Positions 49,917 to 59,717 of a stretch of 64,000 bases of DNA are shown here, one piece after another; within the stretch, counting starts at the first letter, position 1; every line of letters begins with the position of its first letter. Below the pieces are notes generated by a model. The model was not told where the DNA came from. It saw only the letters and a list, made by a program, of their open reading frames with translations, and made no database searches. A program made the position numbers and the translations under genes. The DNA lies in contig JAFXGR010000047.1 in the NCBI GenBank assembly GCA_017520155.1, positions 5,095 through 69,094 on the forward strand. The letters are read 5' to 3'. The stretch is from Lachnospiraceae bacterium (GTDB lineage: Bacteria; Bacillota; Clostridia; Lachnospirales; Lachnospiraceae).

Positions 49917-50645
49917 TTGATACCAAAAAAAATACACTATTGTTGGTTCGGTGGAAACAAAAAGTCTAAATTGATTAATAAATGTATAGCATCATGGAAA
50001 AAATATCTCCCGGATTGGGAGATTATTGAATGGAATGAAGAGAACTATGATGTTCATAAAAATCAATATACTTCCCAGGCATATAAAGAAAAAAAATGGG
50101 CCTTTGTTGTTGATTCTGCCAGATTTGATATTTTAAATGAATATGGTGGTATTTTCTTGGATACAGATGTGGAGCTGTTGAAAGCTATTCCGCAAGGAGT
50201 GTTAAATCATACTGCATTCAGTGGCTTTGAATCAGATAAGACGGTAAATCCAGGCTTAATTTTTGCGGCAGAAAAAGGACATGCCATCCTCACAGATATC
50301 ATCGAAGTCTACAATCATAAGAAATTTGGAGAAAATATCGATGGACGGATTGAGAATATTGTAGATATAGTAACAGGGATTCTGGAAGAAAAGGGTTTAG
50401 TCAAGAATAATTCTTTCCAGATAGTGGAAAATGTTGCTATTTACCCTAAGGAATTTTTCTGTTGCTTCGATCATGAAACGCAAAGCTTTGATATTAAAGA
50501 AGAGACCATTTCCATTCATCATTATGCAGCAAGCTGGTCTTGCTGGAATAGAAAACTGTATTTTAAAATGATCAAGGTGGCAGCCCTTATACTAGGGAAG
50601 GAACGGTATCTTAAGATAAAAAGGATGATAAAACGGCAAAAATGA
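49917..50645 (+). CDS. GT32-like glycosyltransferase (DXD sugar-binding region, Och1/capsule-synthesis type)
   Basis: IPKKIHYCWFGG...SWKKYLPDWEIIEWNE, DSARFDILNEYGGIFLDTDVELL. TTG start. Confidence 0.75.
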   Translation: MIPKKIHYCWFGGNKKSKLINKCIASWKKYLPDWEIIEWNEENYDVHKNQYTSQAYKEKKWAFVVDSARFDILNEYGGIFLDTDVELLKAIPQGVLNHTAFSGFESDKTVNPGLIFAAEKGHAILTDIIEVYNHKKFGENIDGRIENIVDIVTGILEEKGLVKNNSFQIVENVAIYPKEFFCCFDHETQSFDIKEETISIHHYAASWSCWNRKLYFKMIKVAALILGKERYLKIKRMIKRQK

Positions 50646-51880
50646 AAATATTGATTATACGAACCTTTCCGGATATTTTGAAGCTGGACAGCTATAATGT
50701 TCAGGAGATTGGTCTGGCAAAGGCTCTCATCAAAAAGGGACATAAATGTGATATTGTTCTGTATCATGGAAATAATGGGGATAAAATAGAGGAATATCAG
50801 TTTGAAGCAGGTGGAAAAGAATATAGCCTTTCCATCTATTGGCTAAAAGGCTTTGCCTTCTTAAAAAATGGAATTATGCCCTCAGTGAAGAAGTTGATTC
50901 CCCACTATGACGTACTTCAGGTCCATGAATATGAGCAGCTGCAAAGCTGGCTTTTATACACGAAGCAAAAAAAGCCCACAGTAATCTATCATGGGCCTTA
51001 TTTTGATGAATACGCCGAAGGCTATAATCTCAGATGCAAGGTTTTTGATACCTTTTTTCTGCCTCTTAGAGCGTATAAGAATACTATTGCGTTAACAAAA
51101 AGTAAACTTGCTTCGAACTTTCTTTCTTCCAAAGGCTTTCAAAATGTGATAACTGCCGGAGTGGGGATCGATATTGGAAGATTTACAGAAGACTCTTCAT
51201 TGACAGAGGTAAGACCATTAGCTTTGACAGAATCAGAGGTAGCGTTACCTGAAGAATTAAAACTATCAATGCGGATGGAAGAGAAAGTACCAATATTTGA
51301 AGAATTGAAAACATCCGAAAAAATGTTATTATATTTGGGAAAGCTGGAAGAGCGAAGAAATGTATATCTTTTAGTTGACATTTTCCGAAAGGTAAGAGTA
51401 CGATTTCCTAAGGTAAGACTTACGATCATCGGTAGTGGAGAGGAAGCCTATCAGAAAGCCTTTCTCGCCTCTATTGCAAAGGAGAGAGTGGAAGGAAGTA
51501 TCTGTTATCTTCCAAAAGTAAGTCAGAAAGAAGCAGTAGAGTATTACCGACATGCAGATTTATTCTTACTTCCTACAAATTATGAAATTTTTGGAATGGT
51601 ATTGTTAGAGGCCATGTATTTTGGAGTCCCCGTAGTCAGTAGTCAAAACGGGGGCTCCTCCACTCTGATTTCCCATGGAATCAATGGTTTTCTTCCAAAG
51701 ACGCTGGAAGCAGATACCTGGGCAGCTTGTATCTGTAAAGCACTGGAAGATGACAGGTTAAGGGAAAAGATGGGAAAAAAGGCAAAAGAAACCATAGAAA
51801 AATACTTTACATGGGAGTACAGGGCTGATATTTTTATACAGGCTTATGAAAAAGCCATGGATATTTGGCAAAGGAGCTAA
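50642..51880 (+). CDS. GT4 glycosyltransferase
   Basis: MKILIIRTFPD...GLAKALIKKGHKCDIVLY, YEIFGMVLLEAMYFGVPVVSSQNGGSSTLI. ATGA overlap with the upstream gene. Confidence 0.85.
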   Translation: MKILIIRTFPDILKLDSYNVQEIGLAKALIKKGHKCDIVLYHGNNGDKIEEYQFEAGGKEYSLSIYWLKGFAFLKNGIMPSVKKLIPHYDVLQVHEYEQLQSWLLYTKQKKPTVIYHGPYFDEYAEGYNLRCKVFDTFFLPLRAYKNTIALTKSKLASNFLSSKGFQNVITAGVGIDIGRFTEDSSLTEVRPLALTESEVALPEELKLSMRMEEKVPIFEELKTSEKMLLYLGKLEERRNVYLLVDIFRKVRVRFPKVRLTIIGSGEEAYQKAFLASIAKERVEGSICYLPKVSQKEAVEYYRHADLFLLPTNYEIFGMVLLEAMYFGVPVVSSQNGGSSTLISHGINGFLPKTLEADTWAACICKALEDDRLREKMGKKAKETIEKYFTWEYRADIFIQAYEKAMDIWQRS

Positions 51881-51884
51881 CAAG

Positions 51885-53441
51885 ATGCAAAATATAGCAC
51901 AGACGGAAAGAATAACAGCAGAAGAGCTTGTATATTATCTGATGTTTTCCATATTGTTGTTTATGAAGGGGATTGGACTGGAGGAAGCAGGAACTTTGTT
52001 TCGTCTTTGTCTTGCAGTGTCAGGAATTCTTTTTGTACTGAAGATTGCTTTAGGCAGATATCATTGGAAAGAGCTTGTGGTCATGGGAATCTTTCTTCTT
52101 TGGGGAGGAGGAATCTTTCTTCATATTGGTACCTTCAGTATTCTAATTTATACAATGATGCTTTTTGGTATGAAAAATATTTCTGTGAAAAAGATTATGA
52201 AGCTGGGAGCCTTTGTGTGGAGCTCTTATATGCTCTTTACCATAAGTGCTGCTATTTTCCTGGAACGTTTCGGGGTGAGACTGGTTCATGAAAAGCTTGG
52301 ACTGGGTCCCATTCTTCGGGAAAGTCTTGGTTATACCCACCCAAATGTGCTTCATATTTCCTTTATTTTACTGATGACCTTTATCCTGTATCTGACCAAA
52401 AAAGATAATCTGTGGAAGGTAAGCATAATTTTGATGGGGATTAATGCCTATATTTTCTTTTATTCTCTAAGCTATACCGGAGTGTTGATTTCCGGGCTTA
52501 TGATTGTGTTTTTCTTTTATTTTAAATTCAGAAAGAAGATTACAGCGATAGAGAAAGTAGGGATTCAGGCAACTCTTCCGGTTTGTCTGGTTTTTTCTTT
52601 TCTGATTCCTGCTACTGTTCCCATGGAAAGCTTCCTTTTTACCATTGTCAATAAGCTACTGAACAGCAGACTTTGGGCAATTAAGGTATTTCTGGATGAG
52701 TATGGATTCAGCTTTTGGGGAAAGCCAATTAGAATAAGTAATTTTTCTTTAGATAATTCCTTTGTTTATGCCGTAGGATGGTATGGAGTTCTCTTATTTT
52801 CCATCCTGATGATTGCGTATTATTTTGTCATAAAGATATATCTGAAGGAAAACAGAAGGGAAGAACTGGCAGTGATCCTATCCTTTTTTATGGCAGGTCT
52901 GACGGAACAGTTTTTATTTAATGCTTCTATAAAAAATATTTCCCTTCTTTTTCTGGGTGAGTTTTTCTATCGTTGGATGAGAGGGAAAGGAAGAGAAGTT
53001 TCCGTCCTTGAAAATTGGAACCGTAGTTTTGAAATAAAAGCAGATATGCTCATTTTTTTCAAAGAAAGAGGAAAATCTTACCTTACATTAAAAGCTTTTA
53101 TAGGATATATAGTTATGTCTGTAGTAATAACAGGAATCCTGCAGATTACAGATATTACGATGCCATTTCATCAGGAATATGAGCAGGTTTATGTAAATGA
53201 AAGACTTTGTGACTGTGATGGAGAATTGGTTCTATTTCATGAAATAGAACCACAGGAGAATACCCTGACCATTGGATGGCAGTCAGAGGACTTTCAGTTC
53301 TACCGTTTTGATGAAGAAAACAGTAACCTGATATGGTTCATGAAATTGAGAAACAGAGTAAGCCTTAGTCTTTACCTTTCCCTGATCAGTGTTATGATAG
53401 TTTTGACCATTCTTCCCAAAAAGGAAAAGAGAAATGAATAG
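51885..53441 (+). CDS. Wzy-like polymerase / O-antigen-ligase-family membrane protein, copy 2
   Basis: About 10 TM helices. LGYTHPNVLH loop as in copy 1. AAGGAG lies 8 nt before the ATG at 51885. Extra C-terminal ~140-aa region with a final TM helix. Confidence 0.6.
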   Translation: MQNIAQTERITAEELVYYLMFSILLFMKGIGLEEAGTLFRLCLAVSGILFVLKIALGRYHWKELVVMGIFLLWGGGIFLHIGTFSILIYTMMLFGMKNISVKKIMKLGAFVWSSYMLFTISAAIFLERFGVRLVHEKLGLGPILRESLGYTHPNVLHISFILLMTFILYLTKKDNLWKVSIILMGINAYIFFYSLSYTGVLISGLMIVFFFYFKFRKKITAIEKVGIQATLPVCLVFSFLIPATVPMESFLFTIVNKLLNSRLWAIKVFLDEYGFSFWGKPIRISNFSLDNSFVYAVGWYGVLLFSILMIAYYFVIKIYLKENRREELAVILSFFMAGLTEQFLFNASIKNISLLFLGEFFYRWMRGKGREVSVLENWNRSFEIKADMLIFFKERGKSYLTLKAFIGYIVMSVVITGILQITDITMPFHQEYEQVYVNERLCDCDGELVLFHEIEPQENTLTIGWQSEDFQFYRFDEENSNLIWFMKLRNRVSLSLYLSLISVMIVLTILPKKEKRNE

Positions 53442-55122
53442 AAAAAGAAAAGAAGCCATTGCTTATGGTTTTCTGACAATTGTTGCAATCTTATTATTTT
53501 TGAGAAATTTTTTTAGCTTTACCTGGTCCGATGAAAGCTTTTATCTGACCCTGGTTCACCGGTTCTGGCTGGGAGAAAAAATGATCGCAGATGAGTGGTT
53601 TACGGCACAAACTATCAGCCCCTTGCTGCTTCCATTCTATTCTCTTTATCAGAAGATAACCGGAGGAAATGAAGGTGTTTATTCTTACTTTAGGACCTTA
53701 TATTGGTGTATTTCTACAGCAACCTGTATTTATTCTTATCAGGTGCTGAAAAAATATCATCAGATAGAAAACGCCCTGGCAGCCTCCTTATTATATTATC
53801 TGTATTCCAGAGCCAATATTGGGGGAATGTCCTACTACAACATGACCTTAACCCTTACACTGCTTGGCTGCCTTTTGCTGTACGACCAGTTGATGAAAGA
53901 AAGTACATCTTATGGAAAATGTATCATCATAGGCATTTTATGGGCCTTGGCAGTGGTATCCACCCCCTATTTATCGGTAGTATATCTGGTGGCATTTTTT
54001 TCAGCTTTCTGCATGAAAAGAGGAAGGAAGCAGTGGAAAAGTATCCTTTGTATTTTGTTCGGCAGTGCTGTGATGGCGATACTCTATCTGAGATTTTTAC
54101 TTTCCCGTACATCAATTTCAGAACTTCTTTTTAACATTCCTTATATTTTAAATGAACCGGAGTTGCAAAAGACCAATCCTCTATTGGTACTGCCTTTAAT
54201 GGCAGCCCGCATAGGATGGAGGTATAAATGGACCATAGTGCCTTATGGAATTGGTGTAGTTGTTTCTTTAGTCTCTATCCTCAGAAAAAATCATACAGAG
54301 AAAAAGAAAAGAATAATTTTATTGGGAAATCTACTGATCTTTTTTGGGAATGTGATTTTATCATGGGGAATGATTGGTTGCATTAATATTGCCTATGTCT
54401 TATTTATATTTTTGTTTTGGCTTAGTGAAGCAGAAGGGAAATGGGAGAAAAGGGATATTCAATTATTGATATTTTTTATAGTGGGAGCCTGCCTTTCTCT
54501 AGCTTTTTCTTTTTCCTCTGATACAGGACTGGATGCCATGTCAATTGGCTTTGTTCTTCTTGCAATGAGTAGCATGTTATGGTTTGGAAAGCAGAAGAAG
54601 GAAAAGATAGCTTGGGGACTTGTGAGTATCCTATTATTGGAGACAACAGTACTTCGCCTTTTTAGTGTTTATCGTGATGCACCTATTGGGGAGTTGAATA
54701 CACAGCTTAACCGGGGGCCGGGAAAATATCTTTTTACTACAGAAGAACACCAGCATCAATACGAAAAAGTGTTAGAGGATATAGAAGCTTATGTACGGCC
54801 GGAAGACAGGGTGCTTTATTCCCAAAGCTGTTTTTGGAGTTATTTGTGTGGTAATAATGCTTACGGAACTCCATCTTCCTGGCGAATGCCCTTAAACAGC
54901 AGACGTTTGGAAGAATATTTTACCCTGTATCCTGAGAAGATTCCTACCTGTGTTGTGGTATTTCATCCAGAATATGGGAACTTTTCCTCTAGTCTCATCC
55001 AAGGAAATGAAGTGGCCAAAGAGCCCAACTTTAACTTTACCGAAGGATTCCTCTATGAGTACATGATGGAACAGGACTATCAGATTATTCAGGGAAAGAC
55101 AGCAAAGATCTACCGGAAATAA
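53434..55122 (+). CDS. Polytopic membrane protein, GT-C-like (ArnT/PMT_2-type DE motif)
   Basis: FTWSDESFYLTLVHRFWLGEKMIADEW sits directly after TM1. More than 10 TM helices and a ~150-aa C-terminal soluble domain. Confidence 0.5.
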   Translation: MNRKRKEAIAYGFLTIVAILLFLRNFFSFTWSDESFYLTLVHRFWLGEKMIADEWFTAQTISPLLLPFYSLYQKITGGNEGVYSYFRTLYWCISTATCIYSYQVLKKYHQIENALAASLLYYLYSRANIGGMSYYNMTLTLTLLGCLLLYDQLMKESTSYGKCIIIGILWALAVVSTPYLSVVYLVAFFSAFCMKRGRKQWKSILCILFGSAVMAILYLRFLLSRTSISELLFNIPYILNEPELQKTNPLLVLPLMAARIGWRYKWTIVPYGIGVVVSLVSILRKNHTEKKKRIILLGNLLIFFGNVILSWGMIGCINIAYVLFIFLFWLSEAEGKWEKRDIQLLIFFIVGACLSLAFSFSSDTGLDAMSIGFVLLAMSSMLWFGKQKKEKIAWGLVSILLLETTVLRLFSVYRDAPIGELNTQLNRGPGKYLFTTEEHQHQYEKVLEDIEAYVRPEDRVLYSQSCFWSYLCGNNAYGTPSSWRMPLNSRRLEEYFTLYPEKIPTCVVVFHPEYGNFSSSLIQGNEVAKEPNFNFTEGFLYEYMMEQDYQIIQGKTAKIYRK

Positions 55123-55150
55123 GCCTTGATATATAGTGGTATATAGTATT

Positions 55151-55178
55151 TTGTCAGCTTTCTTTAATGTAATATAAT
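55151..55178 (+). promoter_or_regulatory. Candidate internal sigma-A promoter
   Basis: TTGTCA (55151-55156), 16-nt spacer, TATAAT (55173-55178), in the 90-bp gap before the gene at 55225. Confidence 0.5.
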
Positions 55179-55224
55179 ATTATAGTGAATTATGAAAGAG
55201 TAAAGTTTTAAGATGGGAGAAGAA

Positions 55225-56787
55225 ATGAAACAAAAGATGGAAGGAAAAGAAAGGAATAGTGAGATTTATATTGGTGCTGTATTAATTGCAGTTTTCATGT
55301 TGTCTCTTGTTCCCATTATTTGGTGCTCATTTTTTAATTATGCCACCGGGGATGATCTCTGGGAAGGAGCAGTGGCCTATCAGGCAATGAAAAGTGGGAA
55401 AAGCTTTCCCGAATTAATGAAGGAAGTTTTTGCATGGATGAAGGTGGATTATTTGGGATGGCAAGGAAACTGGTCCTCTACCTTCCTTTGGTGCTTTAGT
55501 CCAAATGTATTCGGAGAAAAAGCATACATCGTTACGGTATGGATCGGACTTCTTTCCCTTTGTTTGGGAAATGGATATTTTCTTTATCATTTTAATAAAA
55601 AATATTTCCATTTCACAAAAAGTACTATCGTGATATTCTGGACCATTTTTACCTTTCTATCTATCCAGTACATGCCTTATATCAGAGGGGGATTATTTTG
55701 GTATTCTGCTATGATCAATTATACCTTTCCTTATGGTCTGACATTGGCAGCCCTTGTATGGATTGACCGATTTATGGTAGAAAAAAAAGGAAAATACCTG
55801 GTGTGGCTATCTTTGTTTTATGCGTTCCTGGGGGGATCCGGCTATTTATGCATAGTGTTGAATTTCGAAATTCTTTGTTTATACTTTCTTTTTTTGCTGT
55901 GGAAAAAAGATTGGAGACAGTTAAAGCAGGCAGTAAAATTGCTGCTACCCCTGGTATTGTTACTGATTGGCTTTGTCATTAGTATTCTTTCGCCGGGAAA
56001 TGCAGTGAGAGGCGGAGAGGCTTATGAACTGGGAGGAAGTAGAATACTTACCACGTTGCTACAGTGTTTTAAAGAAGGAGCCTTAGCAATCCCGAAGAAT
56101 TTGTGGGAAATAAAACTTCTGGTAGTTCTCCTTCCCTTTTTGCTGCTCCTTTTCTGGAAAAATCTGGACATGGAAAAATGTAGGATTAGATTTTTATATC
56201 CTGTGGAGATTACAGTATTGATCTATTCACTAACCTGCTCTGTTTATGCTCCAGGTATTTATTCTCAATCTGAACTTTCAGGTGGAGTATACGATACTAT
56301 ATTTTGGGTATTTCTTTTGGGATTTTATCTGATTCTGATTTACTGGACGGGTTATTTTAAGATGAAATATCAGCAGAAGAAGGAGCAAGAACTTTCTACA
56401 GGAATAGTGAGAAAAGAAATCAGCCATAAAAAAAAGGGAAAGAACAGTAAAGAGCTTCTTGTTTTTACGGCAACAGTTTTACTTTGCATTGTTGGGAACA
56501 GATTCCTTTTTTATAATACAGCTTTTTACATAAGCTATGACTATATTGCTACGGGACAGATCGTTGATTTTGAAATACAAATGAGAGAGCGTTTGGCGAT
56601 TTTAAATAATCCTATGATAGAGGATGCGATAGTTCCGGAAATGAATGATTGGCAGGGACCTATTATGCATATGCCGTTAACTGATGATCCTACTGCATAT
56701 ATTAATCATGCTACTGCAAGATTTTATGGCAAAAAATCTGTTGTAGCAATTCCAAGAGACGAGTATTATAGATTGTATATAGAATAG
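55225..56787 (+). CDS. Polytopic membrane protein, GT-C-like (paralog family A, member 3)
   Basis: FNYATGDDLWEG, LSPGNAVRGGEAY, C-terminal IVPEMND...ARFYGKKSV. Closest by eye to the protein at 14171. Confidence 0.5.
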   Translation: MKQKMEGKERNSEIYIGAVLIAVFMLSLVPIIWCSFFNYATGDDLWEGAVAYQAMKSGKSFPELMKEVFAWMKVDYLGWQGNWSSTFLWCFSPNVFGEKAYIVTVWIGLLSLCLGNGYFLYHFNKKYFHFTKSTIVIFWTIFTFLSIQYMPYIRGGLFWYSAMINYTFPYGLTLAALVWIDRFMVEKKGKYLVWLSLFYAFLGGSGYLCIVLNFEILCLYFLFLLWKKDWRQLKQAVKLLLPLVLLLIGFVISILSPGNAVRGGEAYELGGSRILTTLLQCFKEGALAIPKNLWEIKLLVVLLPFLLLLFWKNLDMEKCRIRFLYPVEITVLIYSLTCSVYAPGIYSQSELSGGVYDTIFWVFLLGFYLILIYWTGYFKMKYQQKKEQELSTGIVRKEISHKKKGKNSKELLVFTATVLLCIVGNRFLFYNTAFYISYDYIATGQIVDFEIQMRERLAILNNPMIEDAIVPEMNDWQGPIMHMPLTDDPTAYINHATARFYGKKSVVAIPRDEYYRLYIE

Positions 56788-56812
56788 TATTAAGATAAAT
56801 AAGAGGAATAAA

Positions 56813-57937
56813 ATGGAAAAACGATATGATAAGATTATCATCGGTGCAGGACTATATGGCTTGTATGCAGCTAAGTTTTCTTCAGACAAAGATGAAAATA
56901 TCCTAGTTTTGGAATATGATAAAGAGCCATTTTCACGAGCTACCTACATTAATCAGGCCAGGGTACATATGGGCTATCATTATCCCAGAAGTCTGACAAC
57001 TGCTGAAAAATCAGCTGGTTATTTTAAACGCTTTGTAGAGGATTTTAGCTTTTGTATTCATAGCCGGTTCGAGCAGATTTATGCTACCTCAGCTCAGTTT
57101 TCTTGGACTAATGCAGAGCAGTTTATGGAGTTTTGCAAGGCAGCCGAAATTCGTTGTGAACAGGTGGCTCCTGAGAGATACTTTAAAAAGGGAATGTGTG
57201 ACGGGGCCTTTCTGACAGAAGAATATACTTATGATGCTTCCATCTTAAAAGAATACTTTATGGAAGAATTGGAGAAAAGAAGAAATGTTAGTTTTTTGTT
57301 TGAGGCAAGAATTAAAGAAATTCGAAGAGTGGGTAAGACTTATGTAATTACCTTAGAGAATGGTATGGAAGTGACTTCTGCTTTTGTACTAAATGCTACC
57401 TATGCATCGGTGAATCAGATATTAGAGAAGCTGGAAGGAGTAGAGAAAGAGAAATTTCCTATAAAATATGAGCTTTGTGAAATTATTCTTTGCAAGCCTT
57501 CCCAAGCTATTGAGGGAATCGGATTTACGGTTATGGATGGTCCTTTTTTTTCCATTATGCCCTTTGGAAAAACAGGATATCATTCCCTGACTTCGGTTAC
57601 CTTTACTCCTCATATTACTTCTTATGAAAACCTTCCCCGGTTTAACTGTCAGGAAAATAAGAACTGTAGTATAAAAAATCTGGCCAACTGTAATCTGTGT
57701 GAAAAGAAACCAAAAACTGCATGGAGTTATATGTCCTATCTGGCAGACAAATATTTAAAAGAAGAATACGGGTACGAATATCAGGAGTCCCTTTTTTCTA
57801 TGAAACCGATTTTAAAATCTTCTGAAATTGATGATTCCAGACCAACTGCCATTAAAGTATTTAGTACCAATCCTACTTTTGTCAGTGTACTGTCCGGAAA
57901 GATTAATACAGTATATGATCTGGATGAATATCTATGA
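56813..57937 (+). CDS. FAD-dependent oxidoreductase (Rossmann GxGxxG, DAO-like)
   Basis: YDKIIIGAGLYGLYAAKF at the N-terminus, followed by VLEYD. It has no UGM-type HIGGN motif. Confidence 0.6.
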   Translation: MEKRYDKIIIGAGLYGLYAAKFSSDKDENILVLEYDKEPFSRATYINQARVHMGYHYPRSLTTAEKSAGYFKRFVEDFSFCIHSRFEQIYATSAQFSWTNAEQFMEFCKAAEIRCEQVAPERYFKKGMCDGAFLTEEYTYDASILKEYFMEELEKRRNVSFLFEARIKEIRRVGKTYVITLENGMEVTSAFVLNATYASVNQILEKLEGVEKEKFPIKYELCEIILCKPSQAIEGIGFTVMDGPFFSIMPFGKTGYHSLTSVTFTPHITSYENLPRFNCQENKNCSIKNLANCNLCEKKPKTAWSYMSYLADKYLKEEYGYEYQESLFSMKPILKSSEIDDSRPTAIKVFSTNPTFVSVLSGKINTVYDLDEYL

Positions 57938-57957
57938 TGACAAGATAAGGAGAGAAA

Positions 57958-58896
57958 ATGCAGAATAAGAAAGAAAAGAAATTTATATCCATTGTTTTAT
58001 ATCTTCATAATGTAAGAGATGAAGTTCTTACCTTTTTTCAGGAGATATTGCCTTATTTTGAAGAGAGATTTGAGCAATTTGAAATTATTGGTGTCAATGA
58101 TGACTGTACCGATGGAACCGTAGAAGTTTTAAAAGAATACTTGGAAAACCGAAAGATTTCTTCTATGGTAAATCTTGTCCATATGAGTTTTTTTCATGGA
58201 ATGGAAGGATCCATGAATGCAGGAAGAGATCTTGCTATTGGCGACTTTGTTTATGAATTTGATACCATTGCCATGGATTACTCTAAGGAAATGATTGAAA
58301 AAGCTTTTGAAAAGGTGATGGATGGATACGATATCGTAGGAGTACGGCCACAAAACAATGGTAGTTTATCTTCTAGAACCTTCTATTTTCTTTATAATAA
58401 AACCAGTAGAGGTAAAGGAAAGATTGGAACAGAAAGCTTTCGTATTTTATCTAGAAGAGCCATTAATCGAGTAAAATCCATGGGGCAGTATATTCCGTAC
58501 AGAAAGGCAGTGTATGCCAACTGTGGACTGAAAACGGATTTTATTTCCTATATACCTATAAAAAAGGTGAAGAAGAATGGAAATAGAAGTGAAAGAACCT
58601 CTCTTGCCTTGGATTCCTTTATTTATTTTACTGATGTCTTAGAACGCTTTTCCATGCTGCTTTGTGTTCTGTTTCTATGTCTTAGCATTGGAATGGGAAT
58701 CTATATTATAAAGGATTATTTCAGTGGTACTTCTATCGTGGAGGGATGGCTATCTACCATGGGATTTTTATCTTTGGGCTTTTTTGGAGTATTTGCCCTT
58801 TTAACGATTATGTTAAAATATTTATCTGTGATGCTGAATCTCATTTTCCGTCATCAGAGATATTTTATTATGGAAATTGAAAAGGTGGTAAAATAA
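57958..58896 (+). CDS. GT2 with two C-terminal TM helices (GtrB/CsbB-type polyprenol-phosphate glycosyltransferase)
   Basis: FISIVLYLHNVRDEV...FEIIGVNDDCTDGT. C-terminal helices LLCVLFLCLSIGMGIYII and GFLSLGFFGVFALLTIML. Confidence 0.7.
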   Translation: MQNKKEKKFISIVLYLHNVRDEVLTFFQEILPYFEERFEQFEIIGVNDDCTDGTVEVLKEYLENRKISSMVNLVHMSFFHGMEGSMNAGRDLAIGDFVYEFDTIAMDYSKEMIEKAFEKVMDGYDIVGVRPQNNGSLSSRTFYFLYNKTSRGKGKIGTESFRILSRRAINRVKSMGQYIPYRKAVYANCGLKTDFISYIPIKKVKKNGNRSERTSLALDSFIYFTDVLERFSMLLCVLFLCLSIGMGIYIIKDYFSGTSIVEGWLSTMGFLSLGFFGVFALLTIMLKYLSVMLNLIFRHQRYFIMEIEKVVK

Positions 58897-59648
58897 TGGG
58901 GCAGTTAAGTATTAATCTTTTATATCCGGTATTAAATGAACGTCTTCGTTTGGAAAAGGGAATTGAAACATCTATTCAGTATTTAAGAGAAAATATTACA
59001 AATCCCTACCGACTTACCATATTGGATAATGGCTCTGATGACGAAACTCCTGAAATTGCAAGAAGCTTGGAGAAGAAATACGAGGAAGTAGCTTACGTAC
59101 GGATGGAAGAACGGGGTGTGGGAGTTGCTTTTCGAAGAGGAATTTCAGAAAATACCAGTGATATTGTAGGATACATGGATATTGATTTATCCACTGATTT
59201 AAAATATCTGAAAAAGACCATAGAAATGTTTGAGGAAGATGAAAGTCTGGAATATGTAAATGGTAGCAGATTTAGTAAGGAATCTGATACCAGAGGAAGA
59301 AAGTGGTATCGCAAGATTACTTCCATGGGACTTTTAATTTTATTAAAGAGTATATTTCATATGAAAGCTACCGATGCTGTCTGTGGTTTTACTTGGGTTA
59401 GAAGAGAAACGGCCGAAATTCTTACTTTAGAATGCAGTAAGGAAAAAGGATGGTTTTATACTATAGAGTTTCTTCTTCGGGCAGAACGAAGAGGAGTGAA
59501 GATTTATGATATGCCGGTAGAGTGGCAGGAAGATTACAATACTACAGTAAAGCTATGGAAGACCATTAAAAATTATCTGGTGCAGATTATACGACTGAAA
59601 AAAGCTTTTTTAGAGGAAGACAAGGGGTTAGATAAACGGACAATCTGA
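58896..59648 (+). CDS. GT2, DPM1-like polyprenol-phosphate glycosyltransferase
   Basis: LTILDNGSDDETPEIA, GYMDIDLSTDL. One-nt TAATG overlap with the upstream GT2. Confidence 0.75.
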   Translation: MGQLSINLLYPVLNERLRLEKGIETSIQYLRENITNPYRLTILDNGSDDETPEIARSLEKKYEEVAYVRMEERGVGVAFRRGISENTSDIVGYMDIDLSTDLKYLKKTIEMFEEDESLEYVNGSRFSKESDTRGRKWYRKITSMGLLILLKSIFHMKATDAVCGFTWVRRETAEILTLECSKEKGWFYTIEFLLRAERRGVKIYDMPVEWQEDYNTTVKLWKTIKNYLVQIIRLKKAFLEEDKGLDKRTI

Positions 59649-59717
59649 AACTAGTGCAACGTTTAAAAATATATGAAATAGGAATCAGTGCAAGTAGAAT
59701 AGGGAGAGGAATAGGAC

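Noticed and set aside
56813-57937. UDP-galactopyranose mutase (Glf), given the size of ~370 aa and the FAD-binding N-terminus.
   Set aside because: It lacks the HIGGN-type motif that follows the Rossmann fold in UGMs. The sequence after GxGxxG does not resemble Glf.
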